Source: Patescibacteria group bacterium
GTDB lineage: Bacteria; Patescibacteriota; Patescibacteriia; JAXHNJ01
Length of the DNA: 64,000 nucleotides
Direction: 5' to 3'
NCBI GenBank assembly: GCA_041649715.1
Contig: JBAZMP010000003.1
Location: 167,690 to 231,689, forward strand
Shown: in pieces, positions 9,483 through 19,047 of the stretch
Layout of the letters: every line of letters begins with the position of its first letter
Numbering within the stretch: the first letter of the stretch is position 1
The notes under the pieces: model-generated
Told to the model about the DNA's origin: nothing
Databases searched by the model: none
What the model saw: the letters and a program-made list of their open reading frames with translations, nothing else
Translations under genes and position numbers: made by a program

Positions 9483-9821
9483 CTAACAAGTCAGATGTAT
9501 CAGCGCCGCCACTCTTTTTCCTTCTTTTTTCAGCCGATTATATTCTTCGCAGGCGGCGGCCGAATCCTTAACGATCAGGGGAATTTTTTTGTCGGCGAAA
9601 AAATCATGGACTTCCTGACCAACCTGCATAATTGAGTCCGCGCCGTTGCCTATAATGATTATTTCTGGCTGCTCGCCGATAACTTGCCTGACATCGTCTT
9701 CATAAACCGCGTGGCCGGAAACCCGCTTCCAGTCAGATACTTTATCGGGGCCGACAAAAACATCTTTCTGATATTGCCGGCCGTCTATCACGATCCGGCC
9801 GAACTCATAAAGATCAATCAT
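9483..9821 (-). CDS. Mth938-like (DUF498/598) protein
   Basis: IDLYEFGRIVIDG..Y..DV, PEIIIIGNG, ACEEYNRL...VAALIHLTC. Confidence 0.88.
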   Translation of the reverse strand: MIDLYEFGRIVIDGRQYQKDVFVGPDKVSDWKRVSGHAVYEDDVRQVIGEQPEIIIIGNGADSIMQVGQEVHDFFADKKIPLIVKDSAAACEEYNRLKKEGKRVAALIHLTC

Positions 9822-10327
9822 TTGGGAATAATCTCGTTAAATTTTCGGACAGCCTCCGGAAACAAAGGCACCAGCCAGGAAGAAAAAACGACGAATATGT
9901 TAACCAGTTGGGAATTCTCGAAAGTATAGGCGAGAACCGTCCCTGAGCTGATCGTCTTGATAAAATTCAAGATAACGCCCAGGATCAATCCGCCCTCAAC
10001 CGCTCCTAAAAACAATCCTCCCAAACGGTTCAGCAAACTAAAACCGGGCAGGATCGCCACCGCCCCGAAGGTTTTGCTGATCAGACGGACCAAAGCGCCG
10101 ACAAGCTTGGAAATCAAGATAAGAAGGATGATAAAAGCGGCAATCTTGACCCCCATATTATCTTTAAGGCCGAAAAAGGCCACGAGATCGTCATACCAGC
10201 GGCTCGCCAAAATCACCCCTAAAAAAATTCCGACGATTGAACCCGCGGTCTCGATCAAACCCCGCCAGAAGCCGAACCAACAAAAGCCCAAAAAAGCCAT
10301 TAAAATCGCACCGTCAAAAAATTCCAT
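9818..10327 (-). CDS. CvpA-family membrane protein
   Basis: GFWRGLI, LLNRLGGLFLGAVEG, four TM segments. Confidence 0.85.
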   Translation of the reverse strand: MEFFDGAILMAFLGFCWFGFWRGLIETAGSIVGIFLGVILASRWYDDLVAFFGLKDNMGVKIAAFIILLILISKLVGALVRLISKTFGAVAILPGFSLLNRLGGLFLGAVEGGLILGVILNFIKTISSGTVLAYTFENSQLVNIFVVFSSWLVPLFPEAVRKFNEIIPK

Positions 10328-10339
10328 ATGATATATCGG

Positions 10340-11791
10340 TTAATTAATTCGGGGGAATATAGCCTCACCCTTAGTTATTTTACCACAAACCAGGGAATTA
10401 GTAATTCTGGCGGCGGTCTGCGGCATAAAAGGCGCCAAAGCCCGGGCCAGATCGCAAAGCATCGCCGCCAATTCGCTAAGAAGCTTTTCAAGTTTATCGC
10501 GGTCTTTTTTCTCTTTGGTCTTGGCCAATTTCCAGGGTTCGTTCTTATCAATTTCCTGATTCGCCCAAGTGACGGCATTTAAGATCTCGCTAAGCGCCTG
10601 GTCAAAGGAATAATTCTCAATTAAAGTATTTACTTTGCTAAAATCCTTGGGACTTTTCAAGATTTTGGGGATTTTACCGGCGCAATATTTTTCAATCATA
10701 TTCAAGACTCTGGCCACTAGATTACCCAGATTATTGGCCAAATCCGCGTTGTATTTTTCCCTGAATCTTGATTCGCTAATATCACCGTCTGACCCGAAGA
10801 TAAATTGTGAAATCAATAGATAACGGGCCGCGTCTACCCCGTATTTTTCCACTAAAAGATTGGGGTCCAGCGCATTGCCCAAAGTCTTAGACATTTTCTG
10901 TTTATCAATAGTGAAATAACCATGAATAAATTCCTCTTTTGGCGGATGTTCACCAACCGCTAAAAGTAAGGCGGGCCAGTAAACCGCGTGAAATTTTAAT
11001 ATCTCCTTGGCCATTAAGTGCAGATCCGCCGGCCACCATTTTTTGTATTCTTTTGCATTATCGCCATAACCAATGGCGGAAATATAATTCTGCAAAGCCT
11101 CGACCCAGACATAAACCACCTGTTTTTTATCAAAAACCAAAGGAATCCCCCATTTCACTTTTTCCCGAGAAACAGAAAAATCTTCCAAACCCTGATTGAT
11201 TAAAGACAAAACCTCGTTTTTCCTGGCCACCGGCAATATTTTAATCTCATCTTTTTCAATCAGCTCTTTCACTTGATCGATATAATTACCCAGTTTGAAA
11301 AAATAGTTATTTTCCGACAGTTTCACCGGCTCCTTTTTATGATCAGCGCATTTCCCATCAACTAAGTCTTTCTCGGTCATAAACTTTTCGCAACCCTCGC
11401 AATACAAACCCTCGTATTGGTCTTCGTAAATCGCTCCATTTTCTTTAAGTTTCAACATAAACTTGTCTACCGACTCGACGTGCCTTTTATCCGTGGTTCG
11501 GATAAAATAATCGTATTCAATGCCTAAATTCTGCCAGGCTACTTTGAATAAGGCCGTAACTTCATCACAAAAAGCCTGCGGGGTTTTTCCCTCTTTTTCC
11601 GCCGCTTGGGCTACTTTTGTCCCGTGCTCATCGGTGCCTGTTAAAAAGAAAACCTTATCCTTGCCCAGTTTATTCCGCCAGTAACGCGCTAAAATATCGG
11701 CCGCTAAGGTCGTATAAGCGTGACCGATATGCGGTTTATCATTAACGTAATATATGGGCGTTGTAATGTAGAATTTTTTGGGCATTGACAT
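10340..11791 (-). CDS. metG: methionyl-tRNA synthetase
   Basis: YITTPIYYVNDKPHIGH, GTDEHG, KMSKT. Confidence 0.97.
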   Translation of the reverse strand: MSMPKKFYITTPIYYVNDKPHIGHAYTTLAADILARYWRNKLGKDKVFFLTGTDEHGTKVAQAAEKEGKTPQAFCDEVTALFKVAWQNLGIEYDYFIRTTDKRHVESVDKFMLKLKENGAIYEDQYEGLYCEGCEKFMTEKDLVDGKCADHKKEPVKLSENNYFFKLGNYIDQVKELIEKDEIKILPVARKNEVLSLINQGLEDFSVSREKVKWGIPLVFDKKQVVYVWVEALQNYISAIGYGDNAKEYKKWWPADLHLMAKEILKFHAVYWPALLLAVGEHPPKEEFIHGYFTIDKQKMSKTLGNALDPNLLVEKYGVDAARYLLISQFIFGSDGDISESRFREKYNADLANNLGNLVARVLNMIEKYCAGKIPKILKSPKDFSKVNTLIENYSFDQALSEILNAVTWANQEIDKNEPWKLAKTKEKKDRDKLEKLLSELAAMLCDLARALAPFMPQTAARITNSLVCGKITKGEAIFPRIN

Positions 11792-11855
11792 ATTATTATT
11801 TATAGACTATAATAATTTAATTTATTTGCTCTTTACCTGTTACCAACGAAGGAGG
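11785..11855 (+). promoter_or_regulatory. perfect-consensus sigma70 promoter, boxA-like motif and SD
   Basis: TTGACA(11785)-17-TATAAT(11808); TGCTCTTTAC(11827); AAGGAGG(11849). Confidence 0.8.
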
Positions 11856-11861
11856 TCGTAG

Positions 11862-12158
11862 ATGATCAATGTCAGTCCTAAAGCAGGAACGTTCTTGCGC
11901 CAGATCCGGACGAGTTTGCCGGAAGGTTCCGCCGAAAAGCGGTTGGTGGAACAACTGATAACTGGATCAATCCATATGCTCAGCCAAGCGGAACGCCAGA
12001 GCCTGGCTGATCTTTGCGGAAAGACCGCCATCAACGGACTCGAGGTACCGTTGCATCTACGGCGGGAATTCCAGGTGATCAGCGAGAGCATCCGCGCTTT
12101 CCGAACCCAGCAAGAGGTGAAATTCAGGCAGCGTCGCAATAGGCAAGCCGAGGGCTAA
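11862..12158 (+). CDS. hypothetical protein (stand-alone cassette)
   Basis: 98 aa ORF with a consensus promoter, SD and a 12-bp hairpin downstream. Confidence 0.75.
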   Translation: MINVSPKAGTFLRQIRTSLPEGSAEKRLVEQLITGSIHMLSQAERQSLADLCGKTAINGLEVPLHLRREFQVISESIRAFRTQQEVKFRQRRNRQAEG

Positions 12159-12174
12159 GTTCCTGGCAATCCTT

Positions 12175-12211
12175 AACCGGTACTCCCCGCGGAGTACCGG
12201 TTCATTTTTTT
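12175..12211. terminator. terminator hairpin between convergent genes
   Basis: AACCGGTACTCC-CCGC-GGAGTACCGGTT followed by CA and a T run. Confidence 0.75.
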
Positions 12212-12888
12212 CCGCCGACCAAAACCACGAATTCTCCCCTTACTTTATCTAAATTATTTTCAAAATAGCTTTTTATCTCGTTAATATTCCCCCGTTTTAT
12301 CTCCTCAAACATTTTCGTCAGCTCGCGGCAGACGACTATTTTTCTTTTTTCCGTCAAGATCTGCGATAAACTCTGCAGGGTCTTTAAAACGCGGTGAGGC
12401 GATTCATAAAAGATGACGGTTTCGCGGCTTTCAGCAATCTGTTTGAATAACGTCTCTCTCCCCTTTTTATGGGGCAAAAATCCCAAGAAAACAAACCGAT
12501 CGCAGGGCAGACCGGAGACAGAGGCGGCGGCCGCCAGAGCGGAAGGGCCCGGGATCGGGATAATTTTCACGCCTTCGCCCAAAGAGGCCAGTACGTCGGC
12601 AATCAGGCGGTTGCCGGGATCAGAAATCCCCGGCGTCCCGGCTTCGCTCACCAAACCGGCGGATTTTCCCTGCCTTAATAAATTTATTATCTCGTCCACT
12701 CTTTGTATTTTTGAATGTTCGTGATAGCTGATCAAAGGCTTCTTTATCTCATAATGATTGAGCAGTTTAACCGTTTCCCTCTTATCCTCGCAAATAATAA
12801 AATCCACTTCTTTCAAAACATCCAGCGCCCTAAAGGTCAAATCTTTTAAGTGGCCGATCGGCGTGGCAATAAGATAAAGTTTCGGCAT
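12202..12888 (-). CDS. rsmI: 16S rRNA C1402 2'-O-methyltransferase
   Basis: LYLIATPIG.L.D.TFRA, SEAGTPGISDPG, FYESPHR, RELTKMFEE, RGEFVV. Confidence 0.96.
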   Translation of the reverse strand: MPKLYLIATPIGHLKDLTFRALDVLKEVDFIICEDKRETVKLLNHYEIKKPLISYHEHSKIQRVDEIINLLRQGKSAGLVSEAGTPGISDPGNRLIADVLASLGEGVKIIPIPGPSALAAAASVSGLPCDRFVFLGFLPHKKGRETLFKQIAESRETVIFYESPHRVLKTLQSLSQILTEKRKIVVCRELTKMFEEIKRGNINEIKSYFENNLDKVRGEFVVLVGGKK

Positions 12889-12961
12889 TTATGAATAAAT
12901 ATTAAACCCTGACAAAAATTAATTAATCAGGGTCTCAAATTAACGCATTTTTTTCATCTTT

Positions 12962-14017
12962 TTAGCCAATCCCTTCACCTTCGATCCGATCCTCTTTTTC
13001 TCTTTTTTCCTTAAAAAAATCCTTTAGGAATTCATCGCCGATGATCGTAATGGGGATAGCCAAGATTATCCCTAAAATGCCGAGCAGCTTTGACGCCAAA
13101 AGCATGACTATAATCACCACGATCGGATTGAGGCCCGTCACTTTCTGCATCACTTTAGGCACCAGCAGATTATTCTCCAGCTGCTGGATTAGGATGTAAA
13201 GAATGACGACGAAAATCGCCTTCCAGGGGGAAACAGTCAAGGCGATCAAGACCGCCGGCACCGCCCCGATAATCGGCCCGGCGATGGGAATAAATTCGGT
13301 GATTCCCGCAATTAATCCTAAAACTAGCGGGTAAGGGACTTGCAAAATGACCAATCCGATGAAACAAACCGTGCCGATGACGACGCACAAAATCAGCTGC
13401 CCTTTGATCCAGAAACCCAGGCGGGTTTGAATCCGGCTGATAAGCAAAACAAAATAAGGCTGGTATTTGGCCGGGGAAATCGCGGCAATGACCTTGCGGA
13501 AACCGTCCTCAATCAGAACAATATAGAAAGTCAGGACTAAAATACCGACCAGAGAGAATAAACCGCCGAAGAGCCCAGACAAACCGGCAAAAATACTGGA
13601 GGTAATATCGCCCAAAGTGGAAACGATGCTTTGCAGACTTTCCTGGATTGTTTTTACCAACTCGCTGCCCGAACCGGCCGCTCCCGGCAAACTATTCTGT
13701 ATCTTTTCATAAAGAGAGGGAAAATTGCCGGCAAACTGTTTAAGCTGGCTGGAGATAGCCGGAATGATCAAGGCAATGGCCACACTGATCAAACCCAGAA
13801 TAATGACATAAAAAATGACAATACTGAGCACGCGGGGAATATTCCTTTTCTGCAGCTTATCCACCCAGGGTGCCAAAGCGGAAGCTAAAACCACCGAAAC
13901 AAAGATCATGATTATGACATCGCGGACGTAATACAAAAAAAGAAGGGCGATAACCACCAAAATTAGCTTAATAAAGCTGGCCGTGGAAAATGTGACTGGC
14001 TGTCCTCTTCCGTTCAT
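12962..14017 (-). CDS. AI-2E family transporter
   Basis: Multi-TM; FIPIAGPIIG, QQLENNLLVPKVM, GLNP. Confidence 0.92.
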   Translation of the reverse strand: MNGRGQPVTFSTASFIKLILVVIALLFLYYVRDVIIMIFVSVVLASALAPWVDKLQKRNIPRVLSIVIFYVIILGLISVAIALIIPAISSQLKQFAGNFPSLYEKIQNSLPGAAGSGSELVKTIQESLQSIVSTLGDITSSIFAGLSGLFGGLFSLVGILVLTFYIVLIEDGFRKVIAAISPAKYQPYFVLLISRIQTRLGFWIKGQLILCVVIGTVCFIGLVILQVPYPLVLGLIAGITEFIPIAGPIIGAVPAVLIALTVSPWKAIFVVILYILIQQLENNLLVPKVMQKVTGLNPIVVIIVMLLASKLLGILGIILAIPITIIGDEFLKDFFKEKREKEDRIEGEGIG

Positions 14018-14032
14018 GCTTATATTATAAAA

Positions 14033-15310
14033 TTATTTAAGATTTCGGTCAATAAAACGGACAAACTCGTTTTTCTTGGCGAAAGGGCCGATGACGACCA
14101 AATTCATCAATTTCTTTGAGAGGATCTTTGCCGCCGCCCGCTTTATTTCGGCTCGCGTCACCTTGTCCACCTTTTTAAATTTTTCTTCCGGCTTTTCTAT
14201 CTTACCCGTCAATAGCTGCTGTTTCGCTAAAAATGAAGCGATCTCGCTTGACTCTTCCAGCTCCAGGACCAGCTTGCCCTTTAAGAAATCCTTGGCGCGT
14301 TTTAACTCGGCAGGACTGACGCCTTGCTTTTTGATCTTCATTAGTTCCTGCCAAAGCACAGCCAAAGCCTCAAAAATCCTGGATTTATCCAGGCCCGCCT
14401 GGATGAATAAAAGGCCGGTATCTTCATAGATGTTGGGGATCGCTTTTATATAATAGCACAAGCCTCTTCTTTCCCGCATTTCGATAAAAAGCCGGGAACT
14501 CATCGAACCGCCTAAAATCACGGATAGTAAATAAAACGGATAAATATTCTTGTCAAAATAAGAAAAAGCCTTAAAACCCAAGCCCACCTGCACTTGCTCC
14601 GTCTCTTTAAACTTAAGGGTCACCTGCGGCTTTTTCTGTTTTGAAGAAAATCTGCGGAAAACAGGCGCTTTATTTTTCTGGCTCTTCGGATTAAAATATT
14701 TCCCGATCAAATTCTTGACTTTTTTTTCCTCAAAATTACCGGCGACCGCGATCAGCATATTCTTGGGGTGGTAAAATTTCTGATGATATCTGACCAGTTC
14801 CGACCGGGAAAAACGGCGGATATTTTCCCTCGACCCGATAACCAAACGGCCTAAAGGACCGCTTCCGAAAACCGTCCTTTCCATCAGATCCTCAATATAA
14901 AGGAGCGGATTATCTTCGTACATATTAATCTCTTCTATGATCACTCCTTTTTCCTTGGCCATTTCTTTGATCTCGAACTTGGAATGGAAAAGGATGTCGG
15001 AAAGAACATCTACAGCCAGCTCTACTTTCTTATCGATCACTTTCACATAGAAGCCGGTCAAGTCCTTGGTCGTAAAGGCATTGAAATCCGCGCCCACCTG
15101 GTCCAGGGCTTTAGAGATATCCAGGGTATTCGGCCTCTTTTTCGTCCCTTTGAACAGCATATGTTCTAAAAAATGGGAAAGGCCGTTAAGCTGGGTGGAT
15201 TCATAGCGCGACCCGACTTTAAAAAGCACCAAAACGGTCACCGCCTTGGTCTCTTTCATCGGGGCCAAGATCAGCTTGGCCTGGTTTTTTAGGGTAAGAA
15301 GTTTAAACAA
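14033..15310 (-). CDS. M16 (pitrilysin-family) zinc peptidase
   Basis: GSRYE, HFLEHMLFKGT (HxxEH), NAFT, GGSMSSRLF.E.RERRGL.Y. Confidence 0.95.
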   Translation of the reverse strand: MFKLLTLKNQAKLILAPMKETKAVTVLVLFKVGSRYESTQLNGLSHFLEHMLFKGTKKRPNTLDISKALDQVGADFNAFTTKDLTGFYVKVIDKKVELAVDVLSDILFHSKFEIKEMAKEKGVIIEEINMYEDNPLLYIEDLMERTVFGSGPLGRLVIGSRENIRRFSRSELVRYHQKFYHPKNMLIAVAGNFEEKKVKNLIGKYFNPKSQKNKAPVFRRFSSKQKKPQVTLKFKETEQVQVGLGFKAFSYFDKNIYPFYLLSVILGGSMSSRLFIEMRERRGLCYYIKAIPNIYEDTGLLFIQAGLDKSRIFEALAVLWQELMKIKKQGVSPAELKRAKDFLKGKLVLELEESSEIASFLAKQQLLTGKIEKPEEKFKKVDKVTRAEIKRAAAKILSKKLMNLVVIGPFAKKNEFVRFIDRNLK

Positions 15311-15311
15311 A

Positions 15312-15410
15312 GTATTTTGTTTAGAATTTTGATGTTGGGATTTGTTTCCCCGTTAGAAACGCGGTTTCTAAACGGGGTTTCGGATTTAGGATTTATTTAG
15401 GAATTAGAAA
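15312..15410. repeat. heptamer array with an embedded palindrome
   Basis: TTAGAAT/TTGGGAT/TTAGGAT units; CCCCGTTAGAAAC-GCG-GTTTCTAAACGGGG at 15348-15377. Confidence 0.65.
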
Positions 15411-16745
15411 TTAATCCAACTTGCCCTTCAAATAACCCAATAATTCCTCAATAGCGATCCTCTCCTGCTTCATCGTATCTCTATCTCTCACGGTTACTTT
15501 CTTGTCTTCCAAAGAATCAAAATCTATGGTCACGCAATAAGGCGTCCCAATTTCATCCTGCCTTCTATAACGCCTGCCAATAGAAGCAACTTCGTCATAA
15601 GCGCACATAAAATGCGGCCGTAAAGTATCATAAATTTCATTAGCTAATTTAGCCACCGGTTCTTTTTTGGACAAAGGCAAAACCGCCACTTTTATAGGCG
15701 CCAAATCCTTATGCAATCTTAAAACCACTTCTTCTTCTTTATTGCTTTCCGTGGTGGTGGTCCGGCCGCCTTTGATTTCCTCGTAAGCATCGATTAAAAA
15801 TAATAAAAGACCTCTGTCCACGCCCATCGAAACCTCTTCGACGAAAGGCATGAATTTATTTCCTGTTTCTTCGTCGCGATAGCTCATATCTACGCCACTG
15901 AATTTACTGTGCCTGGACAAATCCCAATCGCCGCGATTATGAATCCCCGCAAACTCGTCCCAACCAGCAAAAGGCGTTTTATACTCCACGTCCCATGCTT
16001 CCCTAGCGTAATGGACAAGCTCATCTTTTGTATGTTGTCTCAAACGCAGATTTTCTGGATGGCAAACAAATTTTTTATACCAGCTCAATGTCCACTCTTT
16101 CCATTCTCTATAATACTTCTCGGCCGTCTCGGGTTTGACAAAATATTGCATCTCCATCTGCTCAAACTCTCGTGTCCTAAAAATAAAATTGCCGGGCGTA
16201 ATTTCATTTCTGAAGGATTTGCCGATTTGCGCGATACCAAACGGCAGTTTTTTCCGCGTTGCCTCTTTAACATTTAAATAATCTAGGTAAATGCTTTGGC
16301 AAGTTTCGCCACGCAGGTATGCCTCGCTCTGTTTGCCCTCAACCGCGCCCAAATGGGTTTTCATTAAAAGGTTAAATTTCTTTGTTTCCGTAAAATCACC
16401 CCCGCATTCAGGGCATTTTTTGCCATCTATTTTGTCCGCGCGAAAACGCTGGTGGCATTTTTTGCATTCAACAAGCGGGTCGGTAAAACTTTCAAGATGT
16501 CCGGACGCCTCCCATACTATTCTGGGCGTTAGAATAGAACTATCAAGCCCGACCACATCAATTCTTTCTTGTACCATTTTTTTCCACCAGGCGCGTTTGA
16601 TATTATTCTTTAATTCTACGCCCAAAGGACCATAATCCCAACAAGAATTAAGCCCACCGTATATTTCTGCGGCCTGAAAGATAAAACCTCTTCTTTTACA
16701 TAAAGAAGTTAATTTATCCATGATAGATTGCTTTTGATTAGCCAT
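15411..16745 (-). CDS. glyS: glycyl-tRNA synthetase (alpha2 type)
   Basis: CKRRGF, WDYGPLG, QIGKSFRNEITP..FIFRTREFEQMEM, IGRRYRRQDEIGTP. Confidence 0.96.
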   Translation of the reverse strand: MANQKQSIMDKLTSLCKRRGFIFQAAEIYGGLNSCWDYGPLGVELKNNIKRAWWKKMVQERIDVVGLDSSILTPRIVWEASGHLESFTDPLVECKKCHQRFRADKIDGKKCPECGGDFTETKKFNLLMKTHLGAVEGKQSEAYLRGETCQSIYLDYLNVKEATRKKLPFGIAQIGKSFRNEITPGNFIFRTREFEQMEMQYFVKPETAEKYYREWKEWTLSWYKKFVCHPENLRLRQHTKDELVHYAREAWDVEYKTPFAGWDEFAGIHNRGDWDLSRHSKFSGVDMSYRDEETGNKFMPFVEEVSMGVDRGLLLFLIDAYEEIKGGRTTTTESNKEEEVVLRLHKDLAPIKVAVLPLSKKEPVAKLANEIYDTLRPHFMCAYDEVASIGRRYRRQDEIGTPYCVTIDFDSLEDKKVTVRDRDTMKQERIAIEELLGYLKGKLD

Positions 16746-16822
16746 AAATTTAATTTAATTATAGTAAAAAAACCCCTTAAAAGCAAGAAAAAAGCCATCA
16801 AGCGCTTGTTTGGCTTAATGGC

Positions 16823-17047
16823 TCATTTCTGCTTACCTTTCGGCAGAAGACCAAGGTGGTAAAGGACGGCCATGACGGCAGCAGTCTGCCAGACTAAGAC
16901 GTCCTCGCCCAACTCCTGTCTCTCTGTTTCCATGACTCTTTTTTTCGCCTGAATATATTCGGTTCTCTGCTTATGCCATTCCTCGCGTTTATCCGGGCGA
17001 TGGTACTTCCAGGGCATCCTCATGATAATCACCACCTCAAGTTGCAT
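16823..17047 (-). CDS. hypothetical protein (cassette; true start may be a few codons downstream)
   Basis: TTGACA(17089)-16-TATGTT, AGGAGGT SD, hairpin at about 16791-16823. Confidence 0.6.
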   Translation of the reverse strand: MQLEVVIIMRMPWKYHRPDKREEWHKQRTEYIQAKKRVMETERQELGEDVLVWQTAAVMAVLYHLGLLPKGKQK

Positions 17048-17133
17048 TACCTCCTATTATCAACATAGCGAAAAACTTAAAAATGTCAAGACAAAAAAGC
17101 GTTTCTTCACGGGAAGAAACGCTTATCAAAAGA

Positions 17134-18279
17134 TCAAGAATAATCATACCAGGTGATCGCTTCAGAAACGCCTATCAGGCTCTTCTTCGCTGCCTCCCAC
17201 TCTTTCGCTTTAAGCGACAGATAAGCGGCTCGGGCATTTTTTATGGCTTCATCTAAACACTTCTTCTGGAAATCTTTCTCCTCCACCAGAATCATCTGGC
17301 CGGCGATCTCGCGCAGCTTCATGATGAGCGAGGCTTTAACAAAGAGGCCGGTATTGATGACGTAGGTGACTTCCAGAATAAGGTCTTCTACTTCCCCCTG
17401 GATTTTTTTCAAGCTCAGGGAATTATACGCCCGGCTTATTTCGACGATTGCTTCCTCAATCCGGTTGGCCAGGATCAGATCGGCGCCCTTTTGAAGTTCC
17501 TTAGTGCCAAGCTCCGCATTAGCGAGGAAAGGTTGAAAGTTTATCACCTCCAAATCAACGATAATGCTGTGGAGCCGGGCGACCATCCGCTGCCTGACCC
17601 TTTCCTCCACCTGATACTGACGCCCTTCACTGAAATCGACAATCGCTTTAAGGAAATGGCAGGATGAAGCGAGCAGATACTCGGCGAAATCGAAAACCGC
17701 TTTTGAAGCCAATAACCGAGGCATTAAGATTTCCTCGATTTTTTCGATTGTAACGAGACGCTCGCCAAACCGGTTGCCGGCGGCCACCGACCGGGCGCGC
17801 AAAGCGCCGGGATTGATTCGGCCCAACGAATCATGGACCAGAGGTATCGGCTCGATCACCCGCAAGCCATTCTCCTTGGTCTCGTCTCTCACCCGGCCGA
17901 CAATCCGGAAAATCTCGTCGACCCTTTCTGTCAATGCCTTTTCATAACCGGCGAGATTACCTTTATTAAGGCCGATCACCGCCAGATTCAATTCCTTGGC
18001 GGCTTCAATCGCTTGCCTCATGACCGACTTCTCGCCGTAATAAGGCTGGTCGTAGCCATTCAGAATGTCTACGACCTGGCGGTGAAAAAGATAAATGCTC
18101 GACAGAAGCTGGAATTTTCTTGTTTCACCCGACCATTTCGGGACGGCGAATTGACCCTTGTGCTTTCCTTCCGTGATCAAGATAACCCGTGTGTTAAGCA
18201 GATACCGACCCCTGGCTTTACCTCGGTGTCTGTACAATTCCGCCTCACCATGGACCCGGCTCAAGAAACGATAAGCCAT
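17134..18279 (-). CDS. hypothetical, mostly helical protein (cassette)
   Basis: About 381 aa; TTGACA(18367)-17-TAAGTT; GAGGTG SD before ATG 18279; terminator AAGCGTTTCTTC..GAAGAAACGCTT at about 17097-17124. Confidence 0.8.
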   Translation of the reverse strand: MAYRFLSRVHGEAELYRHRGKARGRYLLNTRVILITEGKHKGQFAVPKWSGETRKFQLLSSIYLFHRQVVDILNGYDQPYYGEKSVMRQAIEAAKELNLAVIGLNKGNLAGYEKALTERVDEIFRIVGRVRDETKENGLRVIEPIPLVHDSLGRINPGALRARSVAAGNRFGERLVTIEKIEEILMPRLLASKAVFDFAEYLLASSCHFLKAIVDFSEGRQYQVEERVRQRMVARLHSIIVDLEVINFQPFLANAELGTKELQKGADLILANRIEEAIVEISRAYNSLSLKKIQGEVEDLILEVTYVINTGLFVKASLIMKLREIAGQMILVEEKDFQKKCLDEAIKNARAAYLSLKAKEWEAAKKSLIGVSEAITWYDYS

Positions 18280-18394
18280 GATAACCACCTCGATTTTTAA
18301 AGTACAAGAACAAAAAAGCTACCTAATCTTGATAGCTTAACTTAGCGCGATTCTAATACTTTGTCAATCTCGGATGTTGATAAAAATTTAGTAA

Positions 18395-18679
18395 TTATTT
18401 TTTAATAACGGCGGCCTCTTTTTGATTAATCCGCCTTATTATTAAAGCAAATATTATAAATAGAGATAAAGATAAAATTATACCTACTATTCCAATAATA
18501 AATGGTCCTTGAACTAAGGCCAAAAAAGCAACCAGTGGCCATACAGCCGCAACAAAAAAATAACCCATTATATCGTTCCCTAACCCGCTGTTAGAAGCAA
18601 ATAAATTCGCCCAACCTATCCCGATAATAAAATAAAGTATAAGAGCGGAGATGATTGTGTGTTTTTTCAAAATATTCAT
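18395..18679 (-). CDS. small multi-TM membrane protein (paralog 1)
   Basis: 94 aa hydrophobic; shares both termini with the neighbour. Confidence 0.75.
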   Translation of the reverse strand: MNILKKHTIISALILYFIIGIGWANLFASNSGLGNDIMGYFFVAAVWPLVAFLALVQGPFIIGIVGIILSLSLFIIFALIIRRINQKEAAVIKK

Positions 18680-18686
18680 ATAATGT

Positions 18687-18980
18687 CTAATTTTTTTTGA
18701 TGTTTGCTTCTTTCTGATTAACTCTTCTAATCCACAAACCGAAAATAATAAACACAGATAAAGAAATTAGCAATTCGAATATTTTAAGGAAAATATTTCC
18801 GCTAAAAAATATTTGATACGGCCATATAAAAACAAAAAATGGTAATATCCATATTAGTTCATGCCAATTTATCTTTAAGTCAGTCAAATTTGGTAGTTCA
18901 AAAATAATTCCCCAAAAAAAGCCAATAATAAAATATATTAAAAGGGCAGTAATAGCCGTATGTTTTCTAAAAAAATTCAT
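18687..18980 (-). CDS. small multi-TM membrane protein (paralog 2)
   Basis: 97 aa; MN..KKHT.I.AL..YFIIG..W, WP and IRR.NQKEA shared with paralog 1. Confidence 0.75.
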   Translation of the reverse strand: MNFFRKHTAITALLIYFIIGFFWGIIFELPNLTDLKINWHELIWILPFFVFIWPYQIFFSGNIFLKIFELLISLSVFIIFGLWIRRVNQKEANIKKN

Positions 18981-18982
18981 AA

Positions 18983-19042
18983 CTTAATATCTTAATCTCT
19001 TAATCGCTTGATATCTCGATATCTTAATATCTTAATATCTCA
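18983..19042. repeat. 8-nt tandem micro-repeat
   Basis: CTTAATAT CTTAATCT CTTAATCG CTTGATAT CTCGATAT CTTAATAT CTTAATAT. Confidence 0.8.
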
Positions 19043-19047
19043 ACAGT

